The translations under genes were made by a program, and so were the position numbers. The notes beneath the pieces are model-generated. The model saw only the letters and a list, made by a program, of their open reading frames with translations. It did no database searches and had not been told where the DNA came from. Below, one piece after another: positions 1 through 9,421 of a stretch of DNA of 64,000 nt (positions are counted from its first letter, which is position 1; each line of letters opens with the position of its first letter). Source of the DNA: Clostridia bacterium (GTDB lineage Bacteria; Bacillota; Clostridia; Christensenellales; CAG-138); the NCBI GenBank assembly GCA_017541305.1, contig JAFXZJ010000055.1, positions 25,778 to 89,777 of the forward strand, written 5' to 3'.

Positions 1-895
1 GCATCTGGGAATAGGTCACCTTGGCGGTGTGAGAGGTGCCGTGGCCCATGAATACGAATGCGGTGCCGGCGGCGCCTACGGCCTCGAGGGAATCGAAATC
101 GCTGTCCTCAACCGCGGCGGCAACTACGGCCCTTGCCGCGGCTTCCTTATCGGCGTTGATGACGGAAGCGTCCGCGCCGACTTCACCCAGCAGGGGCTCG
201 GCGATCACGATGGTATCGATCTTGTCGGCATACTTATCGACGGCGGCCTTGAGCTCATCATACTCGGCGCCGTGCATAAGGTGGGTGGGCTGGATGACAA
301 GGGTCTTCACGCCGTTGCTGACGGCGCGCTCGAGAGCCTGATCCATGTTGTCGATCTTCTCACCGTCGCGGGCCTGAACGTGATTGATTATGATCTGCGC
401 GGTGAAGGCGCGGCGCACGCTCCACTCGGGGAAGGCGGCGGCAAGAGCATCCTCGATGCCCTTGATATCCTTGGCGCGGCTTTCGTTGAAGGAGGTGCCG
501 AAGGACACTACCAGCAGCTCTCTGTCGCCGATCTCGTCGCCGTTGCGGGGATCGTCGGCCTTGGCGTCGCCGGTGTCGCGGCCGAAGTAATCGGGATCGG
601 CCTCTTCACCCTCAACAAGCTCCTTCTGAGCGTCGGTCAGGGCGTCCCAAGCGGCCTTTGCCGCGGCGCACTGCTCGTCGGTCTTGTCGGTGCGCTCCTG
701 AACGTAGATGGCGTCGATAAGCGCGGCGACCTCGTCGGCAAGCTCCTTATCGGTCTTGCCGGAATTGTCGGCGGGCTTTTCGGTGGCGTCGGCGGGCTTA
801 TCGTCGGGCTTGGCAGGCTCGCTGCCGCAGGCGGCAAGGCCGCAGGTCATGCAGATGGCAAGCGCCATGCAAAGGATCTTAACAAAAGTTTTCAT
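1..895 (-). CDS. cbiK: Sirohydrochlorin cobaltochelatase CbiK-like lipoprotein; 5' end at 895, C-terminus beyond window start
   Basis: Minus-strand reading frame opens with ATG at 895, preceded by GGAGG. The translation starts MKTFVKILCMALAICMTCGLAACGSEP (signal peptide plus lipobox), followed by a Pro/Lys/Asp-rich linker and then LLVVSFGTS...HLMHGAEYDEL...FMGHGTSH, which are CbiK motifs. There is no stop before position 1. The ORF-track 29..1081(+) is its antisense shadow. Confidence 0.7.
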   Translation of the reverse strand, partial: MKTFVKILCMALAICMTCGLAACGSEPAKPDDKPADATEKPADNSGKTDKELADEVAALIDAIYVQERTDKTDEQCAAAKAAWDALTDAQKELVEGEEADPDYFGRDTGDAKADDPRNGDEIGDRELLVVSFGTSFNESRAKDIKGIEDALAAAFPEWSVRRAFTAQIIINHVQARDGEKIDNMDQALERAVSNGVKTLVIQPTHLMHGAEYDELKAAVDKYADKIDTIVIAEPLLGEVGADASVINADKEAAARAVVAAAVEDSDFDSLEAVGAAGTAFVFMGHGTSHTAKVTYSQM

Positions 896-1049
896 GTGTA
901 TTCCTCCTATAATCCGGGGCTTTCGCCCCGTTTTTTTACATCACCGGAGATATCGAAGGATGAAAAAAGGCCGCCGTCGGATCATGCCGACTGCGACCGT
1001 ATTTACGCAGCAAAACGCAAGCCTGCCGCCCCGAAAGCCGCGGGGAAGC

Positions 1050-1262
1050 ATACCCTTCGAATATCCAAGCAGGTCTCCTGACTTGCGTCTCGGGCAAAAC
1101 CGGCCGGGCCTTCTCAAGGTTTCCCTCAATGACCGACTTTCGTCTTAAACGGCGGTTTCTTGGCGCTTACAGTGGCGGTACCGTTCCGGATTCGCACCGG
1201 ATTCCCTATTCTCCCGCCAAAGCCTGAAGGCTCTGGCGCGCACTGTGAATATCTGTTCAGTT
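1050..1262 (-). promoter_or_regulatory. Cobalamin (AdoCbl) riboswitch upstream of cbiK, minus strand
   Basis: The reverse complement contains GGGAATCCGGTGCGAATCCGGAACGGTACCGCCACTGTAAGCG (GGTG..AATCC..GCCACTG core) and the B12 box GCAAGTCAGGAGACCTGC (fwd 1069-1086). Hairpins and a T-tract lie between this and the cbiK RBS. Confidence 0.6.
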
Positions 1263-1269
1263 TTAAAAA

Positions 1270-1299
1270 ATCATATCGCAGGCCGCGGTATTTGTCAAC
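1270..1299 (-). promoter_or_regulatory. Sigma-70-like promoter for the minus-strand riboswitch/cbiK
   Basis: Reverse complement reads TTGACA-18nt-TATGAT. Confidence 0.4.
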
Positions 1300-1346
1300 A
1301 TCATTTCGCGGTATATTTTCACGGCTGCGATAAGCCTTATAAACGC

Positions 1347-1375
1347 TTGACAAACCGCCCGAACGAGAATACAAT
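1347..1375 (+). promoter_or_regulatory. Sigma-70-like promoter for the plus-strand riboswitch/cbi operon
   Basis: TTGACA (1347-1352), 17-nt spacer, TACAAT (1370-1375). Confidence 0.5.
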
Positions 1376-1399
1376 AATGAAAACGAATACCGCTTTGAG

Positions 1400-1600
1400 T
1401 GCCCGATACGTCCCTTGGGATCTGTCGGGATGATAGACAACCGGGTGAGAAGCCCGGGCGGAACCGCCGCCGTAAGCGTTGAGGCGAAGCGCATGACGAA
1501 AGTCGGCCATTGGGGCGATCCCCCGAGAAGGCGCGCCGAGCCGCTTGAAACGCAAGCCGGAAGACCTGCTCAAAGCCATCTTCCTCCGAAGGTATCAGGA
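1400..1600 (+). promoter_or_regulatory. Cobalamin (AdoCbl) riboswitch controlling the btuCD-like/cbi operon
   Basis: Contains GGTGAGAAGCCCGGGCGGAACCGCCGCCGTAAGCG, GCCATTGGGG, and the B12 box CAAGCCGGAAGACCTGC (1553-1569). Lies directly upstream of an intrinsic terminator. Confidence 0.65.
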
Positions 1601-1632
1601 GGGGGCATGTTTGTTTTTTACGCGGAAAAACG

Positions 1633-1675
1633 GCCGCGCAGAGCGATTTTGCTTTGCGCGGCTTTCTTTCATTCT
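1633..1675 (+). terminator. Riboswitch expression-platform intrinsic terminator
   Basis: 12-bp stem GCCGCGCAGAGC/GCTTTGCGCGGC with loop GATTTT, followed by TTTCTTTCATTCT. Confidence 0.5.
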
Positions 1676-1694
1676 GAATATTCGGGAGCGCTGC

Positions 1695-2729
1695 ATGAAA
1701 AGGAAAGGTTCCGAAAAGGCAATGGGTGCGGGAAGATTCCGGGCGGTCATTCTGCTTCTTTTCGTCATGCTCGTTTTTGCGCTGATACTGAATCTTGCGA
1801 CAGGCTCCGTGCGGCTGAGTCCGCGTGAGATATGGTCGCTCCTGACCGCCGGCGGGGACGCTTCGACCGAAAGCATCATTCTCTTCAACGTTCGCATGCC
1901 CCGCATGCTGCTTGCGGCGATCCTGGGCGGCGCGCTTGCGGTATCGGGCTTTTTGCTTCAAAGCTTCTTCCGCAACCCCATCGCGGGGCCCTTCGTGCTG
2001 GGCATATCCTCCGGAGCGAAAATGATAGTCGGCATAACGATGATATTCCTCTCGGGCAGCATCGCCATGAGCCCCGCAGTGATGGTGGCCGCGGCCTTCA
2101 TCGGCTCGCTGCTCATCACGGCGCTCGTGCTGCTGTTTTCGCAGAAGGTAAAAAACATGGAGCTCCTGCTCGTGGTCGGCATCATGGTGGGCTATATCTG
2201 CTCCGCCGTGACCGATATGGCGGTCACCTTCGCCTCCGAGCAGGATATCGTCAATCTCAAATACTGGTCCATGGGCACCTTTTCGGGCAAGGGGTGGGAT
2301 TCCGTCGTAACCGCCGCGGTAATATGCCTGCCCGCAGTGCTTGCCTCGTGGCTGCTTTCCAAGCCCATGGGCGCTTACGCGCTGGGCGAAGGTTATGCGA
2401 TAAGCATGGGCGTTAGCGTAAAGCCCTTCCGCATAGCGCTCATACTGCTTTCAAGCCTGCTTTCCGCCTGTGTGACGGCGCTTGCGGGGCCCATCTCGTT
2501 CGTAGGCATCGCCGTGCCGCACATAACGAGGCGCCTTTTGAAAAGCTCACGGCCCGTGCTCGTAATACCCGCGGCATTCCTTGCCGGCGCGGTTTTCTGC
2601 GTGTTCTGCGATCTCATCGCAAGAACGGTCTTTGCGCCGACGGAGCTGAATATCGGCACCGTCACAAGCATATTCGGCGCGCCGGTGGTCATCTCAATGA
2701 TGATATCAAGAAGGAGGCGCGAAGCATGA
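1695..2729 (+). CDS. FecCD/BtuC-family ABC transporter permease, probable cobalamin/corrinoid uptake
   Basis: Polytopic membrane protein of about 345 aa under the B12 riboswitch. ATG at 1695 follows GGGAG and lies after the terminator. The upstream part of ORF 1545.. overlaps the riboswitch and is rejected. Confidence 0.8.
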   Translation: MKRKGSEKAMGAGRFRAVILLLFVMLVFALILNLATGSVRLSPREIWSLLTAGGDASTESIILFNVRMPRMLLAAILGGALAVSGFLLQSFFRNPIAGPFVLGISSGAKMIVGITMIFLSGSIAMSPAVMVAAAFIGSLLITALVLLFSQKVKNMELLLVVGIMVGYICSAVTDMAVTFASEQDIVNLKYWSMGTFSGKGWDSVVTAAVICLPAVLASWLLSKPMGAYALGEGYAISMGVSVKPFRIALILLSSLLSACVTALAGPISFVGIAVPHITRRLLKSSRPVLVIPAAFLAGAVFCVFCDLIARTVFAPTELNIGTVTSIFGAPVVISMMISRRRREA

Positions 2730-3823
2730 CCGAGTTTTTCAAAACGAGCGGCCTTGCCGTCGGCTATAACGGCAAAGCGCTGATAAGGGATATAGATCTT
2801 GCCCTGGAACGCGGCGGCGTACTGACGCTCATAGGGCCCAACGGATCGGGCAAATCCACCATATTAAAGACCGTTGCCCGCCAGCTTGCGGCTGTCCGCG
2901 GCACGGTGGCGATAGACGGAAGCCCGCTTTCGGCCATGAGCGCGAAAGAGCTTGCAAAAAAACAGGCCGTGGTGCTGACCGACCGCATCCGTCCCGAGCT
3001 GCTTTCCGTGCGCGAGATAGTCTCGCTCGGGCGCTATCCCTATACCGATATGGTGGGAAGGCTGACCGCGGAGGATCGGCGCATAGTTTCGGACGCGCTC
3101 GCGCTCGTAAGCGTTTCGGAGCTTGCCGAGCGCGATTTCGCCACCCTTTCCGACGGGCAGAAGCAGCGCGTGATACTGGCCCGTGCGCTCGCGCAGCAGC
3201 CGGAGCTGCTTGTGCTCGACGAGCCCACCGCGTTCCTCGATATAAAGCACAAGACCGAGCTTTTATGCCTTTTGCGCTCACTTGCGCGCGAGCGCGGCAT
3301 GACGGTCATAATGAGTCTGCACGAGATAGATCTTGCCGCAAAGGCATCCGACCTGCTTCTGTGCGTCAGGGGCGAGACCATCGCCGCGTTCGGCACGCCC
3401 GACGAGGTTATGCAAAAGCTGCCCATAGAGGAGCTTTACGATCTGAAAAAGGGCTCCTATAACGCCGCGTTCGGCAGTGTGGAGCTTGAAAAAATCAACG
3501 GAAAACCAAGGGTTTTCGTTATATCCGGCAACGGCTTCGGCATACCGGTGATGCGCAGGCTTCAAAGGGAGCGCGTGCCGTTTGCCGCGGGCATACTGTT
3601 TGAAAACGACGTCGACGCCGCCGTGGCGGCAAGCCTGGCCTCGGAGTGCGTGATCGCCGCGGCATTCGAGCCGATCACTGACGCGACGTTTGAAAGGGCA
3701 AGGGCGCTGATGCTCTCGTGCGAAAGGGTGATCGACGCCGGCACGCCCATAGGAACGCTCAACGGTCATAACGGAAAGCTTATCGATACGGCAAGGGAAA
3801 AGGGGCTTTTAAGTGAGTATTGA
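2726..3823 (+). CDS. ABC transporter ATP-binding protein (BtuD/FecE-like) with a ~120-aa C-terminal extension
   Basis: Walker A GPNGSGKST, signature LSDGQKQRV, Walker B LLVLDEPTAFLD. ATGA overlap with the permease gene. Confidence 0.85.
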   Translation: MTEFFKTSGLAVGYNGKALIRDIDLALERGGVLTLIGPNGSGKSTILKTVARQLAAVRGTVAIDGSPLSAMSAKELAKKQAVVLTDRIRPELLSVREIVSLGRYPYTDMVGRLTAEDRRIVSDALALVSVSELAERDFATLSDGQKQRVILARALAQQPELLVLDEPTAFLDIKHKTELLCLLRSLARERGMTVIMSLHEIDLAAKASDLLLCVRGETIAAFGTPDEVMQKLPIEELYDLKKGSYNAAFGSVELEKINGKPRVFVISGNGFGIPVMRRLQRERVPFAAGILFENDVDAAVAASLASECVIAAAFEPITDATFERARALMLSCERVIDAGTPIGTLNGHNGKLIDTAREKGLLSEY

Positions 3824-5171
3824 GAGTGCGAATGTCAACAGAGTGATGATAGCGGGCACGGGCTCGGGCTGCGGGAAGACGACAGTGACCTGCGCGGTGC
3901 TTTCGGCGCTCAAAAACCGCGGGCTTGACGTTGGCGCGGCCAAATGCGGTCCCGATTACATCGATCCCATGTTTCACAGGAGCGTGATCGGCGCGCCCTC
4001 GACCAACCTCGATCCCTTCTTTTTCGACGACAACACGCTCCGCTTCCTGCTTGCGAAAAACGGCGCGGAAAGGGAGCTGACCGTGGCGGAGGGTGTTATG
4101 GGTTATTACGACGGCCTCGGCCTCACCACCGCGAAGGCAAGCGCTTACGATCTTGCCCGGATCACGAAAACGCCCGTCATACTGACGGTAAACGCCAAGG
4201 GCGCTTCGCTTTCGATTTTGGCGCAGATAAAGGGCTTTTCCGAGTTCGTTCCGGAAAGCTTCATAAAGGGCGTTATACTCAACAACTGCTCCGAAAGGGT
4301 CTATTCCGCGCTCGCGCCCGAGATTGCGGCCCGTCTGGGCATAAAGCCGCTGGGCTTCATGCCCCACGTGCCAGAGGCCGAGATAGGCAGCCGCCATCTG
4401 GGCCTTATCACGGCGGACGAGATAGACGATATCAAGGCAAGGACGTCAAGGCTTGCCGAGCAGGCGGAAAAAAGCCTCGATCTGGATGGGATCGTCGGGC
4501 TTGCGCGCACCGCGCCCCGGCTTTCGTTCGAGCCCTTCGTTCCCGCCCCGCGCGAGCCCGTGCGGATCGCGGTCGCGCGCGACAGGGCGTTCTGCTTTTA
4601 TTACGAGGACAGCCTCGGGCTTCTTCGTGAAATGGGCGCCCGGCTCGTCCCCTTCAGCCCGCTCGAGGACGCCGCGCTGCCCGACGGCATAAACGCCCTT
4701 TACCTTGGCGGCGGCTACCCGGAGCTTTACGCCGGGCGGCTTTCCGCCAATATCGCCATGCGGCAAAGCGTCTTGAACGCCCTAAAAAGCGGGCTGCCGT
4801 GCATAGCGGAATGCGGCGGGTTCATGTATCTCACCGACCGCATCGGGGAATATCCCATGGTCGGCCTGATCAAAGGAAGCTGCTTTGACAACGGCCGCCT
4901 CACCCGCTTCGGCTACGTCACGCTCACCGCCGAAACGGATAATATGCTCTGCAAAAAGGGCGGGCGCATCCCCGCGCACGAATTCCATCACTGGGACGCC
5001 GAGGCTCCCGGCGATTCATTCACAGCTCAAAAGCCCAACGGCCCTGCCCGGCCCTGCGTGCACGCCTCCGAAACGCTTTACGCGGGCTATCCTCACATAC
5101 ATTTTTACGCATGCCCGTCCTTTGCCGAGGGCTTCTATAACGCCTGTTTAAAGGAGAAACACCGTGTTTGA
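3813..5171 (+). CDS. cbiA: Cobyrinate a,c-diamide synthase
   Basis: MIAGTGSGCGKTTVTCAVL...CGPDYIDPMFH; C-terminal glutamine amidotransferase-like domain. Confidence 0.85.
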   Translation: MSIESANVNRVMIAGTGSGCGKTTVTCAVLSALKNRGLDVGAAKCGPDYIDPMFHRSVIGAPSTNLDPFFFDDNTLRFLLAKNGAERELTVAEGVMGYYDGLGLTTAKASAYDLARITKTPVILTVNAKGASLSILAQIKGFSEFVPESFIKGVILNNCSERVYSALAPEIAARLGIKPLGFMPHVPEAEIGSRHLGLITADEIDDIKARTSRLAEQAEKSLDLDGIVGLARTAPRLSFEPFVPAPREPVRIAVARDRAFCFYYEDSLGLLREMGARLVPFSPLEDAALPDGINALYLGGGYPELYAGRLSANIAMRQSVLNALKSGLPCIAECGGFMYLTDRIGEYPMVGLIKGSCFDNGRLTRFGYVTLTAETDNMLCKKGGRIPAHEFHHWDAEAPGDSFTAQKPNGPARPCVHASETLYAGYPHIHFYACPSFAEGFYNACLKEKHRV

Positions 5172-5793
5172 AATAATCAGACCCATGGAGATCGAAAAAC
5201 GCAGTTTTGAGATCATCTCGTCCGTTCTTGCCGATATGAACGTCACGCTCGATCCCGAAAACGAGCCCGTGATAAAGCGCGTGATACACACGACGGCCGA
5301 TTTCGATTACGTAAACAACCTCGTTTTCTCGGAAGGCGCGGTCAAAAAAGGCATTGAAGCGCTTAAAAGCGGCTGCGATATCGTGACCGACACGCAGATG
5401 GCCCGATCGGGCATAAGCAAGGCCGCGCTCTCATCGCTCGGCGGGCAGGCGCACTGCTTTATGTCAGACGAGGACGTGGCCGCCGAGGCCAAGGCGCGCG
5501 GCGTTACCCGTGCGGCCGTATCCATGGAAAAAGCGGCGGGGCTTACCAAGCCCCTGATATTCGCCATAGGCAACGCGCCCACCGCGCTGATCGCGTTGGA
5601 CGAGTTGATCAAAGCGGGCCGGCTCGCGCCCGAGCTTGTGATAGGCGTGCCCGTAGGATTTGTGAACGTGGTCGAATCAAAGGAGCTCATCATCGCCTCA
5701 GAAGTCCCGCACATAGTCGCGCGCGGCAGAAAGGGCGGCTCCAACGTTGCGGCGGCGATAGTGAACGCACTGCTTTACCGTATAACAAGATGA
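5164..5793 (+). CDS. cbiC: Cobalt-precorrin-8 methylmutase
   Basis: CbiC fold with motif HTTADFDY; 209 aa; overlaps cbiA end. Confidence 0.85.
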   Translation: MFEIIRPMEIEKRSFEIISSVLADMNVTLDPENEPVIKRVIHTTADFDYVNNLVFSEGAVKKGIEALKSGCDIVTDTQMARSGISKAALSSLGGQAHCFMSDEDVAAEAKARGVTRAAVSMEKAAGLTKPLIFAIGNAPTALIALDELIKAGRLAPELVIGVPVGFVNVVESKELIIASEVPHIVARGRKGGSNVAAAIVNALLYRITR

Positions 5794-6926
5794 ATGAATT
5801 TATAGAAAAAGAAGGCAAAAAGCTTCGGTTGGGCTACACCACCGGCTCCTGCGCGGCGGCGGCCTCCAAGGCCGCGGCCTATATGCTCCTTTCCGGCAGG
5901 CGCAAGGAGCGCATATCGCTTGAAACGCCCAAGGGGATAGCGCTCGAACTCGATATCGAGGACATTCGTATGACCGAAGCCTCCGTCTCCTGCGCGGTAC
6001 GCAAGGACGCGGGCGACGATCCCGATATCACCGACGGCGCGCTGGTGTATTCGACCGTTTCGTTTACGAACGGCACGGGCGTTTTCATCGACGGCGGCGC
6101 GGGAGTGGGCAGAGTGACCAAGCCCGGCCTCGATCAGCCCGTGGGGAACGCCGCGATCAACTCGGTGCCGCGCAGTATGATACGCGAAAACGTAGAGCAG
6201 GTGATGCGGCTTTTCGATTGCTCCGGCGGGCTTTCCGTGATCATCTCCATCCCCGAGGGCGCGGAGCTTGCCAAAAAGACTTTCAATCCCCGCCTTGGCA
6301 TAGTGGGCGGAATATCCGTGCTGGGCACCACGGGCATAGTGGAGCCCATGAGCGAAAAGGCGCTTATCGAGACCATCCGCGCCGAGCTTTCGCAAAGACG
6401 CGCGCTGGGGTTCGACGCCGCTCTGCTGACGCCCGGCAATTACGGCGCGGAATTCATAAGAACGGGCTTAGGACTCGATCCCGAAAAGGCCGTTCAGACC
6501 TCGAATTTCATAGGCGATTCCATAGATATCTGCCGCGAGCTGGGCTTCAAAAGGATACTGCTCATAGGGCATATAGGCAAGCTCGTCAAGCTCGCGGGCA
6601 ATATGATGAATACCCATTCGAAATACGGCGACTGCCGCATGGAGCTGCTTGCCGCCCACGCCGGCGCGGCTGGCGCGGACGCGCAGCTTATCGCCAAAAT
6701 ACTCGACTGCGCCGCGTGCGACGAGGCGGTAAGGCTCCTGCGCGAAAAAGCTCCCGCGCTTGAAGCGGCGGCGCTGTCCGGCGTTACCGCCGCGGCCAAG
6801 GCGAATCTTGCCCGCCGCGCGGGCGAAGCCGTTAGCGTGGAAATGATAATGTTTTCAAAGGAATACGGCGTGCTCGGCAGTACCGAAAACGCCGGTGAAT
6901 ACATAGATTTATTCAAGGAGAATTGA
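5790..6926 (+). CDS. cbiD: Cobalt-precorrin-5B C1-methyltransferase
   Basis: LRLGYTTGSCAAAASKAA motif; 378 aa. Confidence 0.85.
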   Translation: MNEFIEKEGKKLRLGYTTGSCAAAASKAAAYMLLSGRRKERISLETPKGIALELDIEDIRMTEASVSCAVRKDAGDDPDITDGALVYSTVSFTNGTGVFIDGGAGVGRVTKPGLDQPVGNAAINSVPRSMIRENVEQVMRLFDCSGGLSVIISIPEGAELAKKTFNPRLGIVGGISVLGTTGIVEPMSEKALIETIRAELSQRRALGFDAALLTPGNYGAEFIRTGLGLDPEKAVQTSNFIGDSIDICRELGFKRILLIGHIGKLVKLAGNMMNTHSKYGDCRMELLAAHAGAAGADAQLIAKILDCAACDEAVRLLREKAPALEAAALSGVTAAAKANLARRAGEAVSVEMIMFSKEYGVLGSTENAGEYIDLFKEN

Positions 6927-7681
6927 TCATGGTCCATTTTGTCGGAGCGGGGAGCGGAGCCGCCGATCTCATCACCGTGCGCGGTGCGAGGCTCCTTTCG
7001 GAGGCGGACGTCGTCATCTGGGCGGGTTCGCTCGTCAACCCCGAATTGCTTTCCCATTGCAGGCCCGGCTGCGAGCTGCACGACAGCGCGCGCCTGACCC
7101 TCGAAGAGGTGATCGGAATAATCAAGGAAGCCGAGGCCGCGGGCAAAACCACCGTGCGCCTGCACACCGGCGACAGCTCGATATACGGCGCGGTGCGCGA
7201 GCAGTTCGACGAGCTTGAAAGCCTTGGGATCGAATACGACGTCACGCCCGGGGTATCGTCCTTCTGCGGCGCGGCGGCCTCCCTTAAGGCCGAATACACG
7301 CTGCCCGGCGTCAGCCAAACGGTCATAATCACGCGCGCGGCGGGCAAAACGCCCGTGCCCGAGCGCGAGAGCATCGCTTCGCTCGCCCGCCACGGGGCGA
7401 CCATGGTGCTGTTCCTTTCCACCTCGCTCACGGAAAAGCTGCAGAGCGAGCTGATCGAGGGAGGCTATTCCCCGGATACTCCCGCCGCGGTCGTCTACAA
7501 GGCCACCTGGCCCGACGAGCGCATATACCGCTGCACCGTGGGCACGCTCCACAGGACCGTGACTGAAAACGGCCTTAAAAAGACGAGCCTCATGATCGTC
7601 GGCGGCTGTATGGGGGACGAATACCTGCGCTCGCTCCTCTACGATCCCAAATTCACGACCGAATTCAGGGAAGCGAAATGA
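6923..7681 (+). CDS. cbiF: Cobalt-precorrin-4 C11-methyltransferase
   Basis: VHFVGAGSGAADLITVRG...VIWAGSLV tetrapyrrole methylase motifs. Confidence 0.85.
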   Translation: MIMVHFVGAGSGAADLITVRGARLLSEADVVIWAGSLVNPELLSHCRPGCELHDSARLTLEEVIGIIKEAEAAGKTTVRLHTGDSSIYGAVREQFDELESLGIEYDVTPGVSSFCGAAASLKAEYTLPGVSQTVIITRAAGKTPVPERESIASLARHGATMVLFLSTSLTEKLQSELIEGGYSPDTPAAVVYKATWPDERIYRCTVGTLHRTVTENGLKKTSLMIVGGCMGDEYLRSLLYDPKFTTEFREAK

Positions 7682-8697
7682 TCACTCTGTTCGCATACAG
7701 CAGAAAAGGCATGGATACGGCGCGTCGGATAGCCGTGGCGCTTGACGAAGCGCCGCACCTCTATACGGTCGAGCGTCTTGCGGGAAACGGCTTCCTGCCT
7801 GTCCCCAAGCCCTCCGCGCCGCTCTACGAGGAGGCCTTCAATACCTCCGACGCGCTCATATTCGTTTCCTCCTGCGGGATAGCGGTGCGCTCCATAGCGC
7901 CGTATATCAGGAGCAAGACCACGGATCCCGCCGTGATCGCCGCGGACGAGACGGGCCGGTTCGTAATATCCCTGCTCTCCGGGCATCTGGGCGGAGCGAA
8001 CGCGCTTGCCGAGCGGATAGCAAAGGCCATCGGCGCGGTTCCCGTGATCACCACCGCGACCGATTCCAACGGCCGTTTTTCCGTGGATTCGTGGGCAAAA
8101 ACGCACGGCTTCGCATTAAGCGGCATGGACGCGGCAAAGGCCGTTTCAGCCGCGATACTCGAAGGGGATGTTCCTTTCATAAGCGATTTTGAGATTAAGG
8201 GCGAGCTTCCCAACGGCCTGTGCTGGGGCGAAACCGGCGGCGTGGGCGTCTATGCGACTTATGCCGACGAAAGCGCGGCGCCCTTTGACAGCACGCTGCG
8301 GCTCATCCCCAAATGCGTCGTGCTCGGCATAGGCTGCCGCAGGGGAACGCCCGCCGAAAGTATAAAATACGCCGTGGATAAAACGCTTGCGTATAACGGG
8401 ATCGATTTTCGCGCGGTAAAGCGCGCCGCCTCGATCGACCTTAAAAAGGACGAGGCGGGCCTTATCGAATACTGCCGCGATGCGGGACTGCCCCTGAGCT
8501 TTTATTCCGCGGAGGAGCTTGGCGCCGTGAAGGGGGATTTCACCCCGTCCGGATTCGTTAAGCGCGTAACCGGTGTGGACAACGTTTGCGAAAGGGCCGC
8601 GCTGCTCGGAGCAAGCGAGCTGATAATAAAAAAGACTGCGGAAAACGGGGTCACCGTTGCCGCCGCGCTTGAAAAAACGGAGGTGCGATTTGGGTAA
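7678..8697 (+). CDS. cbiG: Cobalt-precorrin-5A hydrolase
   Basis: CbiG N- and C-terminal domains with LGIGCRRG motif. Confidence 0.8.
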   Translation: MITLFAYSRKGMDTARRIAVALDEAPHLYTVERLAGNGFLPVPKPSAPLYEEAFNTSDALIFVSSCGIAVRSIAPYIRSKTTDPAVIAADETGRFVISLLSGHLGGANALAERIAKAIGAVPVITTATDSNGRFSVDSWAKTHGFALSGMDAAKAVSAAILEGDVPFISDFEIKGELPNGLCWGETGGVGVYATYADESAAPFDSTLRLIPKCVVLGIGCRRGTPAESIKYAVDKTLAYNGIDFRAVKRAASIDLKKDEAGLIEYCRDAGLPLSFYSAEELGAVKGDFTPSGFVKRVTGVDNVCERAALLGASELIIKKTAENGVTVAAALEKTEVRFG

Positions 8698-9421
8698 ACT
8701 GTACGTCGTGGGCATAGGCCCGGGTGATTATGAAAACATGACCGTCCGCGCGGACGAGGCTTTGAAGGCGGCCGACGTGATAATCGGCTATCACGTTTAC
8801 GTCGAGCTCGTGCGCGGGCGCTATCCCGAAAAGGAATATCTGACCACCCCGATGACCGGGGAAGCCGACCGCTGCCGCATGGCGCTGGATGAAGCCTCCG
8901 GCGGAAAAACCGCCGCGATCATCTGCTCGGGAGACAGCGGCATTTACGGCATGGCGGGGCTGTGCTTTGAACTGCGCGGGGATAACGACGGGCCCGAGAT
9001 CGAAGTCATACCGGGCCTCACCGCCGCCTGCTCCGGCGCCGCGCTTCTGGGCGCGCCGCTCACGCACGATTTTGCCGTAATATCGCTCTCCGACAGGCTT
9101 ACCGAATGGCCTCTCATCGAAAGGCGGCTCCTGCGCGCGGCAGAGGGGGATCTGTCCATAGTCCTTTATAATCCCGCAAGTCACGGCCGTCCCGATCATT
9201 TGAAAAAAGCCTGTGAAATACTTATGAAAGTCCTGCCGGCGGAGCGCGTCTGCGGCGTCGCCCGGAATATCGGGCGCAAGGGCGAGCAGCGCTTTTTCAT
9301 GCCGCTGTCCTCGCTTTGCGGGTTTCCCGCGGATATGTTCTGCACGGTATTCATAGGCAATTCTTCAACCGCAATGATAAACGGAAATATGGTAACGCCA
9401 AGGGGGTATAAAAATGTTTAA
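8690..9421 (+). CDS. cbiH: Cobalt-factor III/precorrin-3B C17-methyltransferase (probable TTG start)
   Basis: LGKLYVVGIGPGDYENMTVRA... motif. GGAGGTG lies 5 nt before TTG at 8690. The ORF-track start at 8657 overlaps the cbiG end. Confidence 0.75.
   Translation: MGKLYVVGIGPGDYENMTVRADEALKAADVIIGYHVYVELVRGRYPEKEYLTTPMTGEADRCRMALDEASGGKTAAIICSGDSGIYGMAGLCFELRGDNDGPEIEVIPGLTAACSGAALLGAPLTHDFAVISLSDRLTEWPLIERRLLRAAEGDLSIVLYNPASHGRPDHLKKACEILMKVLPAERVCGVARNIGRKGEQRFFMPLSSLCGFPADMFCTVFIGNSSTAMINGNMVTPRGYKNV

Noticed and set aside
913-937. Plus-strand intrinsic terminator CCGGGGCTTTCGCCCCGTTTTTTT
   Set aside because: No plus-strand gene ends here. On the minus strand the same hairpin sits 5 nt upstream of the cbiK RBS and is more likely part of the riboswitch expression platform.
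29-1081. 350-aa plus-strand ORF
   Set aside because: It is the antisense shadow of the minus-strand cbiK gene and of the riboswitch region. Its composition is Gly/Ala/Val-rich and typical of high-GC frames. The minus strand has clear CbiK motifs and an RBS.
1545-1694. N-terminal 50 codons of ORF 1545..2729
   Set aside because: They overlap the cobalamin riboswitch and its terminator. The true start of the permease is at 1695, after the terminator, with an RBS.
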